NCBI GenBank assembly: GCA_028276785.1
Contig: JAPYVP010000003.1
Location: 1-32,000 of the forward strand
DNA from: Candidatus Nanopusillus sp.
GTDB taxonomy: Archaea > Nanobdellota > Nanobdellia > Nanobdellales > Nanobdellaceae
Direction: 5' to 3'
Length of the DNA stretch: 32,000 bases
Shown here: one piece after another, positions 7,102-14,881 of the stretch
How positions within the stretch are numbered: the stretch's first letter is position 1
Layout: every line of letters starts with the position of its first letter
Made by a program: the position numbers and the translations under genes
Notes under the pieces: model-generated
Seen by the model: only the letters and a program-made list of their open reading frames with translations
Database searches by the model: none
Told to the model about the DNA's origin: nothing

Positions 7102-7734
7102 ATGAATAAGGTTTACAAATTGTTAGATCTTTCAATAACGATATGGTTAATAATTGTAATTTTTGTAGTATCTGTTATAGGATTAATGAACCCACAAATA
7201 TTAAACTTAATAGCATTTTACCCATATTATGCTACAACACATCCATGGGTGTTTATAACATCTATCTTTGGGAGTGGTAGCTTAATGCATTTATTTTTTA
7301 ATGGAATGGCTTTACTATTTCTTGGCCTATTGTTTGAATATTCATATGGAAGTAAAAACTTATTAATATTGTTTTTATTATCCGGTATTGTTGGAAATAT
7401 ATTCTTTTTATTTCAATATTATAATGATCCCATGATTGGTGGAATAGGAGCTTCTGCTGCAATATCCGGTATACTTGGTGCTTTGGGGATATTAAATCCA
7501 AAAGAAAAAATAATAATATTTCCATTGATAATTCCTATAGATATAAGATATGCAGTAATATTTTGGATTATATTTAACTTAATTGGTATATTTTATCCAT
7601 TTGTACCTTTCGGATTTTCTGCACATTTGGGCGGAACATTGTTTGGCCTTTTATATGGGTATATATTAAAGAAACATAAAGGAAAAACATCAATAGATAA
7701 TATTTTTGATAATCAAGAAGAAATCTATTTATAA
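7102..7734 (+). CDS. Rhomboid-family intramembrane serine protease
   Basis: Six predicted TM segments. GASAAISGILGA is the catalytic GxSxxxxG motif and FSAHLGGTLFGLLYG carries the catalytic His. Confidence 0.85.
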   Translation: MNKVYKLLDLSITIWLIIVIFVVSVIGLMNPQILNLIAFYPYYATTHPWVFITSIFGSGSLMHLFFNGMALLFLGLLFEYSYGSKNLLILFLLSGIVGNIFFLFQYYNDPMIGGIGASAAISGILGALGILNPKEKIIIFPLIIPIDIRYAVIFWIIFNLIGIFYPFVPFGFSAHLGGTLFGLLYGYILKKHKGKTSIDNIFDNQEEIYL

Positions 7735-7781
7735 TTTTTTGCTTAAAAAACTATATAAATTATTAAGATATAATTATTAAA

Positions 7782-8021
7782 ATGGAAGCAAAAGTTGAAA
7801 ATACAAATGAAAAATTAATAAAGGAAATAAGGACAAAATTGGCTACATTATCTACAAATACACTTCTAAGATATTATGAAGATATTAAATCAAAGATTAT
7901 CCCCACAAATTTATCATATTATATTCAATATTTATCATATGAAGAGTTATTAAATAATATTGAAAGAGAACTTATATTAAGAGGAGCTCTAAAAAGAGTA
8001 AAAAAGTTAGATGTTCGATAG
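7782..8021 (+). CDS. Hypothetical small helical protein (79 aa)
   Basis: ORF only. A TATA-like CTATATAAATT lies about 25 nt upstream of the ATG. No recognisable motif. Its stop codon abuts the convergent thyA-like stop with 0 bp between them. Confidence 0.5.
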   Translation: MEAKVENTNEKLIKEIRTKLATLSTNTLLRYYEDIKSKIIPTNLSYYIQYLSYEELLNNIERELILRGALKRVKKLDVR

Positions 8022-9440
8022 TTATACCTGATCTTGTATATATTTTTTACCAAATCTTCTAAATTCACCTGCTTTATATATTTCTCTTCCAACATATATT
8101 GAATGATCATATAATGTAAAAAATGGTAATCCTCTTAATTTATCATATATTTCATTAGTGTTTTCAGATCCAAATTTAAAATCTAAAATTGTATTATCAT
8201 AACTTCTGTGTTCTACAAATGTTTTATTATCTTCATTATATATAATAAAATTACCTTTCGGATCTGGTACGAAGGATTTTATTCTATATCCATATTTTTC
8301 TAATACCCTTTCCATATATGGAAAATCATGTTCATATACATGTGCAGATGCTGAAATTGTTGTAACAATTCCCAATTCATATCCTTTATTTGTTCTTTTA
8401 TTTATTTCGTTAACAATATATTCTCCAATTCTAATTAATGCATACATATTTAATGGCCATCCTCTAAACATATCGTTGCTCCTTATATATTCTGTAAGAT
8501 TTAGATACTTTCCTTGAATTATACCTTCTATAGATATAACACATGGAGGATCATTAGAATATATATCAACATTTGGATTCCATGTAATCATAATTGCTCT
8601 TCTAGTTTCTGGGTTTTTTGATAGTTTATTTATCATATATTGTAACTGATTTAAATTATTATAATTTAGAAATCTTTCTCCATATGTATAATCTACACCT
8701 TCTGGTTTTTTATCAATGAAATATCCATTTAAATGTTTTTCAAATTCTTCCAATTTAATAAATTCATCAAATTCTTTTTCTAATTCATATCTTCTTCCAT
8801 ACAATCCTAAGCTGACAATTATATTTAATCTTTCCAGTTGTTTTTCATTATATTCAGAACCTTTTAGAATTCCAAACATTTTAATTTCTGTTAGTATCTT
8901 TACCCATGCATTAAATAGTGATTCTTCATATATAAATGCTGGAGGCAATGGAATAATGTAGCCATAATCTCTCTTTACATCTTCTTTTATTTCAATATTT
9001 ATTTTTCTTCTAAATATATTTTCCGGTTTATAATTATTCTGAATCACTTCTTCTAATTTACTTATATTCTTATTCCAAAAATCTTTTCTCATATCTATTA
9101 CATTTGTAGTATCTAAAATTTCTTTTATTTCATTATAATCCAAATTTACATTATATATCTTTAGTGTTTTCTCATCTTTATTATTAAATATATCTATTAA
9201 GGCTTGGCCAGATTGAGTCAAATCTGGCCCATATAAAATTATTTTATCTATTTGTGGATTTTCACCTAATGTTTGAATTAAATATTTTATTCCATTGATT
9301 GTATATAATGTTCCAATAATATTTACCATTTTTTTAATTTCTTCATGTAATAAATTAAATATAAAATCTTTTTTTGCCCACAATGTTGCTATAGAAATGT
9401 TACTTTTCTGATTTATAATTAAAATATCCTTTTCTAACAT
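8022..9440 (-). CDS. thyA: Thymidylate synthase (ThyA)-like enzyme with extra N- and C-terminal domains
   Basis: ThyA core motifs: ETRRAIMITWNP, DPPCVISIEG (nucleophile Cys300), IRSNDMFRGWPLNMYAL (Asn331) and SAHVYEHD. Residues 1-125 or so resemble the MtrA-like domain. Residues 390-472 or so (PDPKGNFII...YVGREIYKA...YIQD) resemble DUF4346. Both flanking-domain calls are from memory. Confidence 0.8.
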   Translation of the reverse strand: MLEKDILIINQKSNISIATLWAKKDFIFNLLHEEIKKMVNIIGTLYTINGIKYLIQTLGENPQIDKIILYGPDLTQSGQALIDIFNNKDEKTLKIYNVNLDYNEIKEILDTTNVIDMRKDFWNKNISKLEEVIQNNYKPENIFRRKINIEIKEDVKRDYGYIIPLPPAFIYEESLFNAWVKILTEIKMFGILKGSEYNEKQLERLNIIVSLGLYGRRYELEKEFDEFIKLEEFEKHLNGYFIDKKPEGVDYTYGERFLNYNNLNQLQYMINKLSKNPETRRAIMITWNPNVDIYSNDPPCVISIEGIIQGKYLNLTEYIRSNDMFRGWPLNMYALIRIGEYIVNEINKRTNKGYELGIVTTISASAHVYEHDFPYMERVLEKYGYRIKSFVPDPKGNFIIYNEDNKTFVEHRSYDNTILDFKFGSENTNEIYDKLRGLPFFTLYDHSIYVGREIYKAGEFRRFGKKYIQDQV

Positions 9441-9471
9441 ATAGGTAATTTTTAATTTTTTCTTATAAGTT

Positions 9472-11025
9472 TTATTTTTTCTCTAATATTCCTAAATATA
9501 ATAGATTTTTTACATTCTTTTTGCCCATCTTATAGCTTCTATATTGCAAATATAATATAAATAATATTGAAATTATCCAAATATAAATTGAAAGATATCC
9601 AAATGTTATACCTATCAAAAATGGTAAAATATTATGAGAGTTTATATATTGTAACCAAGATGAATATGCATAATAAAGGAAATATATATTTATTAATAAA
9701 AATATTGCATATACTGTTATTGAATAATAATCAAAATTATACTTTCTTATTGTTTTAATAGTAACTATCCATTTATTATCTAAACCAATCAACAATCTTT
9801 TTAGATAATAAGATATTGTTAGTGCAGAAATGCCCCAACCAATCAATAATGCTAAAAAGGAGTCTAGAATACTTGCCTTATTGTATATTCTTTTTTCAAC
9901 TATATAATATTCTGTTATAAATATTGATATTACATAAATTTGTGAGAAATAAAAGAATGGTGCTATATAATACCATGAAGGAGATGATAAATTGAATAGA
10001 ATAATAATTATACTAATTAATATTAATATAAGAGAAATTAATGGTAAAAATAATGCTGTAAACATATGGATGAAACTTATTTTTTGTTTAAATTTCAGAT
10101 TCTTATTAAATAATATTTTCCAGAAATTCGAAATAATTACATCAAATGTACCCATTTGCCATCTTCTTATTGTTTTTAATGTCATATTAAAATTTGGAGG
10201 TAAATTTTGTCCATATTCAACCCAATCCCTTATATATATTCCCTTAAAACCGTTTAAATATAATCTAATTGTTAATGAAGCGTCTTCAGTTAAATGTGGT
10301 GTAAATTTTCCAGCCTTTTTATAATCTTTCAATCTTAAAACCCCACAAGAGCCATGAACCATTGATATATCATCTAAAATATTTTTCATCGGTAAATAAA
10401 ATTCAAAGAAAGTATCTACATAAATTCCAACAATTTTATGAAAATAATCTACAGGAACAGTTCTTCTATTCCAATATACAAAAGATAAATCCTTATTCGA
10501 TTCTAGAATACATACTGCCTTATATAAATATTCAATTGTAACGGTCCATTCAAAATCATAAACAGAAAAATACTTTATATTATATTTTCTTTCTAAGTAA
10601 TCTATTAGATCATCTAGGGCAGCTCCTTTTCTTTTTATACCATTTAATCTAAAAAAATATTTTATTTTATCTAAATCATATATTAAATATTTTTCATCAT
10701 AATATTTCTTTGAACAATTTTTTTCTAAATATTCTACTAATTTTTTTTCTTTATTCAATTCCGTATCATCTAAAAATATAAAATATATAGTTAGATTTTT
10801 ATATATATTATTTATGTTTTTCAAATATTCAATCTTTTTTATTAAAACATCTTCTTCTTCATTTTTTACTGGAAATATTACAAACAAATTTTCTTTATTT
10901 TTTAAATCCTTATATTTTGGGATTTTTATTTTTCTGTCTATGTTTATTAAATATCTTAGATCGAATATTGATATTATTAATATATTTAATAATAATAAAA
11001 GGGAAGAAATAAATAATAGATCCAT
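9472..11025 (-). CDS. Membrane-embedded family-2 glycosyltransferase, processive (cellulose/chitin-synthase-like) type
   Basis: N-terminal TM segment. GT-A motifs FIFLDD, YDFE, LTEDASLT (TED) and TIRRWQMG (the QxxRW-type motif). The C-terminal 200 aa or so is a multi-TM domain. Confidence 0.8.
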   Translation of the reverse strand: MDLLFISSLLLLLNILIISIFDLRYLINIDRKIKIPKYKDLKNKENLFVIFPVKNEEEDVLIKKIEYLKNINNIYKNLTIYFIFLDDTELNKEKKLVEYLEKNCSKKYYDEKYLIYDLDKIKYFFRLNGIKRKGAALDDLIDYLERKYNIKYFSVYDFEWTVTIEYLYKAVCILESNKDLSFVYWNRRTVPVDYFHKIVGIYVDTFFEFYLPMKNILDDISMVHGSCGVLRLKDYKKAGKFTPHLTEDASLTIRLYLNGFKGIYIRDWVEYGQNLPPNFNMTLKTIRRWQMGTFDVIISNFWKILFNKNLKFKQKISFIHMFTALFLPLISLILILISIIIILFNLSSPSWYYIAPFFYFSQIYVISIFITEYYIVEKRIYNKASILDSFLALLIGWGISALTISYYLKRLLIGLDNKWIVTIKTIRKYNFDYYSITVYAIFLLINIYFLYYAYSSWLQYINSHNILPFLIGITFGYLSIYIWIISILFILYLQYRSYKMGKKNVKNLLYLGILEKK

Positions 11026-11026
11026 A

Positions 11027-11401
11027 TTAGTATAAAGGACTTTTGATTATTATAGGCAGTAAATAATTAGAACTTGCATATATGGAAGGGTAATTAATTA
11101 TAGAATATAATATTGCAAATACTAGGATTGCTGAAATTATAAATATAATAACGGCAGATGCCGGTAATTCAAATATAGAATATAAAGCTATTCCAATTAG
11201 TAATATCATGAGAAAGATAAATAATAATATTAAATTTGTTAATGATGGTGATACTAGCAATCCAAACAATATTAATAGCATGAGTGCTAATATTAATATT
11301 GATTTTCTATCTACTAATTTACAGGTTAATGTTCCTATGATTAAACCAGCTAAAAATGAGTTAATTATTACCAATATAAACATAAGTGTTTCTGGGTCCA
11401 T
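11027..11401 (-). CDS. Small integral membrane protein (124 aa, about 4 TM segments)
   Basis: ORF with four hydrophobic stretches. It ends 1 nt before the GT2 start codon, so the two are probably co-transcribed. Confidence 0.6.
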   Translation of the reverse strand: MDPETLMFILVIINSFLAGLIIGTLTCKLVDRKSILILALMLLILFGLLVSPSLTNLILLFIFLMILLIGIALYSIFELPASAVIIFIISAILVFAILYSIINYPSIYASSNYLLPIIIKSPLY

Positions 11402-11467
11402 ATTATAAAATATTGAAGAAAACTTTATAAAGATTTCCTATACTATAGTTACTAGAAAAATACAAAA

Positions 11468-12829
11468 TTATTTTTCCTCTTTTATAGACTTAAATAATTC
11501 TTCGAAGAATCTATCTCTAATTGGTTCATATACCCTTTTATAGAATTTTTGTTGATCTAAAAGGACTTCTTTTGGAAACTTTTTCAAATATTCTATTGCA
11601 AATTTCCATGCAATATTATAATCAACTATACTATTTATTTTATTAGTTATTTCTTTATCATAATCTTCTGGTGTTTGATCTTTATCCCCTATATGAAAGT
11701 ATCCCGTATTTTTATTATATGGTGCTTCTTCATTTCCAATCTTTACTAATTCTATTTCTTCTTCTTTTTCTTTAGAATATAGATGAAATATTTTTCCTTT
11801 ACTTCTTTTATATATTGGTCTGTAGTATTTTGCCCATGCATAGAATATTGCTCTGTTCAATCCAAAGCTCTTTGCTTTATTTATATCATTATATAATATA
11901 TAATATCTTGCTGCTTGTAATAATCCCATAACCTGAAATCTCCCAACATTTCCCAAATTTTCTTTTTTTATTGATATTTTTTCTTGTCTTAATGTACTTC
12001 TATTTAGATAGCTTACAATATAATTTTTTGTTTCTTTTATGGATATTTCTGCCAAATAATCTCCTTCTCCAGGTTCATACTCTCTCCATTTTTCAGTATG
12101 TTTAAAATTTTTATAATTTGCCCATGATAAATCAAAATTTTGGATATCATTTGGTTTAAATACTACACATACATAATCTAAAAATCTATGAAACGATAAA
12201 GGTACTGTAAATACTCTTTGTATATCTATTTTATTTTCAACTTTAAATTCTCTCGATTTTCCTTTTGCTTTTGATATTTCCTTTTCTAAATCATTTTTTG
12301 CGCTTTTTAATATAAAATCTACAATTGCAAATGCTATATTTAATGGATGATATTTATTTAATATACTCTCTGAAAATGCCTTTTCATTAATATGTATATG
12401 TATTCCTCTTCCACTCCACTTTAAATATACAGATTTATATACTTTATATTTTTCTAAATATGAAACAATTATTTCCGCAACATTTTTTATTATATCAAAA
12501 TCTTCCAATGTCCCATCAATATCGAAGATTGGTGTTACATATTTTATATTCTCTATATCTTTTAATTTATCTTCAGAAATTTGGCTATATAAATTTATTG
12601 TTGCATAAATTGTTCTAAATTTTAAATAAGAAAATTTTGTAAATAAAGATTTATATTCATCTTCATTTTCAATTTTTAGTGGCATTTTATCTTTATCATA
12701 TCTTATAAATATTCTTTGATCCAATCTGTTTGTTTCTAAAGCAATCCACCTATTTTTTGAATAATCAATAATTTCTTTTATAACATATTCTTTCATGTAA
12801 TAATTTTTTATTTCATACCATTCTATCAT
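11468..12829 (-). CDS. priS: Archaeo-eukaryotic primase: PriS catalytic domain with an extra C-terminal helical region (single-chain, fused type)
   Basis: AEP motifs: PIFDIDG (DxD), WSGRGIHIHI (SGxGxH) and IDIQRVFTVPLSFH (motif III). About 170 aa of additional C-terminal sequence. Only one Cys in 453 aa. Confidence 0.8.
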   Translation of the reverse strand: MIEWYEIKNYYMKEYVIKEIIDYSKNRWIALETNRLDQRIFIRYDKDKMPLKIENEDEYKSLFTKFSYLKFRTIYATINLYSQISEDKLKDIENIKYVTPIFDIDGTLEDFDIIKNVAEIIVSYLEKYKVYKSVYLKWSGRGIHIHINEKAFSESILNKYHPLNIAFAIVDFILKSAKNDLEKEISKAKGKSREFKVENKIDIQRVFTVPLSFHRFLDYVCVVFKPNDIQNFDLSWANYKNFKHTEKWREYEPGEGDYLAEISIKETKNYIVSYLNRSTLRQEKISIKKENLGNVGRFQVMGLLQAARYYILYNDINKAKSFGLNRAIFYAWAKYYRPIYKRSKGKIFHLYSKEKEEEIELVKIGNEEAPYNKNTGYFHIGDKDQTPEDYDKEITNKINSIVDYNIAWKFAIEYLKKFPKEVLLDQQKFYKRVYEPIRDRFFEELFKSIKEEK

Positions 12830-12871
12830 AATAATCTAATTTGGAAAATTTAAAATATTTATTAAAAATAA

Positions 12872-13999
12872 TTATGGAATTAGACTTCTCCTCATATCTT
12901 CAATTAAATTCATTTTCCTTTTAAAGTAATCCATATTATTTTTAACAAATTCCCTTTCATTATAATCTCCAATATTTTTTATTACTTCCCAATTATAGTT
13001 TTCAAGTTTATTTTGATTATTAATCAATGCAGATATATTTCCATTCATAACTTCTTGTATTGTTAGTGTTAATGTTTGATTCAACTGTGGTAGTATATTA
13101 CATACTGGCAAGCGAGTGTTTGTATAATTACATAATAGTTCAAATTTATCTAATAATAAAATCTGATGTTCTAATAATCTATTAATGCGTTTTTCTACAA
13201 TTTCAGTTAAATTTAATGCATTCTTTCTATACATTTTGTAATCATCCTCAATTTCTTGTTTTAATTTTTCTCTTTCTTGTGTTATATTTATATTATTATT
13301 TACGACCATTGGTAATATACAAATGTCTTTAACCTTTCCAATGAATATTTCTCTAATCTCATGCCAAGAAGTATTTGGTGTTATATTTACATATATATAA
13401 CCTACACAATGTAATGGTGGTCTATTAATGCTATATATTTCATAAGATATATTTAGAGAATTTAGCTGGTCTGTTATATTTCCTAAAGAAGGGCTCGCTC
13501 CAGTAAATATAAATACTTTAGTTACATTTAATTTTTTCAATGCATACAATGTACTTTCAGGCAATACACCATTTGGTACGATTAATATTGGCACATTATT
13601 TTCTTCAGCATATTGAACGGCATTAGTAACTAGGGGTAATTTATCAGGACTTACATATTCATTTACCAAATCTCTTGTAATTAATACTGCACTATTTGAA
13701 CTATTCCAGAAATATAATGCTACGTATGCAGAAGTATCATATCTTCTTGTTCCCCATATCCATAAATAACTTATATTTGATTGATTCAAATTTTGTAATA
13801 ATAAATTTGATATTACTGCAGGTCCTCCTATTATTATCACATTTGTTACATTATTATTTATTAACATTTGTACTGTATTACTAATATTTATAGGATCTTG
13901 ATATACTGTATATACTGGTAACTTGTATATATGTCCTACTACACTCGCTACTAAATAGTCTGCATATGTTATATTCGTAACTAAAAGTGCTGTAACCAT
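12872..13999 (-). CDS. CWB2-like (cell-wall-binding repeat 2) domain protein with a C-terminal coiled-coil region
   Basis: Two repeats fit the CWB2 pattern as recalled: ADYLVASVVGHIYKLPVY...VTNVIIIGGPAVIS and GTRRYDTSAYVALY...AVLITRD...NVPILIVPNGVLPESTLYALKKLNVTKVFIFTG. 16 N-X-S/T sequons counted by hand. An in-frame TAA four codons upstream rules out an N-terminal extension. Confidence 0.65.
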   Translation of the reverse strand: MVTALLVTNITYADYLVASVVGHIYKLPVYTVYQDPINISNTVQMLINNNVTNVIIIGGPAVISNLLLQNLNQSNISYLWIWGTRRYDTSAYVALYFWNSSNSAVLITRDLVNEYVSPDKLPLVTNAVQYAEENNVPILIVPNGVLPESTLYALKKLNVTKVFIFTGASPSLGNITDQLNSLNISYEIYSINRPPLHCVGYIYVNITPNTSWHEIREIFIGKVKDICILPMVVNNNINITQEREKLKQEIEDDYKMYRKNALNLTEIVEKRINRLLEHQILLLDKFELLCNYTNTRLPVCNILPQLNQTLTLTIQEVMNGNISALINNQNKLENYNWEVIKNIGDYNEREFVKNNMDYFKRKMNLIEDMRRSLIP

Positions 14000-14023
14000 A
14001 AATATAAATTAATAATAAAGAAT

Positions 14024-14881
14024 TTAAATATTATTTAATATTTTTTCATAAACTTCTCTTTCATTATTAAATGTAAATCCTGCGGCATACCTATGACCAC
14101 CACCATTAAGTAATTTTGCTATTTCATCTACTTCTTTATTATTTAATGTCCTTATTTCTCCTCTTTTAGATTTCTCATATAATGTTATTACAAAATCTGG
14201 ATTATCTCTTATTTTTTCTTTTATATATTCTAAAATATAGTTTGATGGTATGTTTTTATCTAATTTTATTATATAAATTTTATATTTTTTATCTATTACT
14301 GTTATATTTTTATCCAAATTTCTATATATTTCATTTAATTCTTTTCTAAATCTTTTTATGATATTATGATCGATTATTTCTTTAATATCTTTACTCAACA
14401 AATTTTTTGCTATAGATATAAAATATAAATCATATGATTTTGGATAAAAATATCTTATTGATACTATGTAATCTACGAAATCCTTCTCTATGTCATTCTT
14501 TATTTCTCCAGAATCTATATCATCAACAATATCTAAATATTTAAATTCAACATTTAGGTATTCTGACAAAACTCTGGCAGCAGATTTATAATTTTTTATA
14601 TAAACGTGTACCCTGGATGTAAGCTCATTAAAATTTTTTTCATGATGATCTATCCAATAAACTTTTCTAAAATATGAAGATAAATATATAGCTTCCTGAT
14701 TTGTTGCAATGTCTGTAATATATAATTCTTCTCCTTTATCATTGTTTTCTATTACCTTTATTAATGTATTATTTATTAATCTTGGACTTGAAAAATAAAC
14801 TTTAAATTTATCACCAAATTTTTTATATAATATTGATAGACATGCTATTCCATCTATATCCCAATGAGTGATTGCAATCAC
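14024..14881 (-). CDS. DHH-family phosphoesterase (short RecJ/NrnA-like nuclease)
   Basis: DHH motifs: THWDIDGIACLS (I), ITDIA (II), WIDHHE (III) and NGGGHRYAAGF (the DHHA1 GGGH motif). GTG start codon overlapping the hef TGA stop as GTGA. Confidence 0.8.
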   Translation of the reverse strand: MIAITHWDIDGIACLSILYKKFGDKFKVYFSSPRLINNTLIKVIENNDKGEELYITDIATNQEAIYLSSYFRKVYWIDHHEKNFNELTSRVHVYIKNYKSAARVLSEYLNVEFKYLDIVDDIDSGEIKNDIEKDFVDYIVSIRYFYPKSYDLYFISIAKNLLSKDIKEIIDHNIIKRFRKELNEIYRNLDKNITVIDKKYKIYIIKLDKNIPSNYILEYIKEKIRDNPDFVITLYEKSKRGEIRTLNNKEVDEIAKLLNGGGHRYAAGFTFNNEREVYEKILNNI

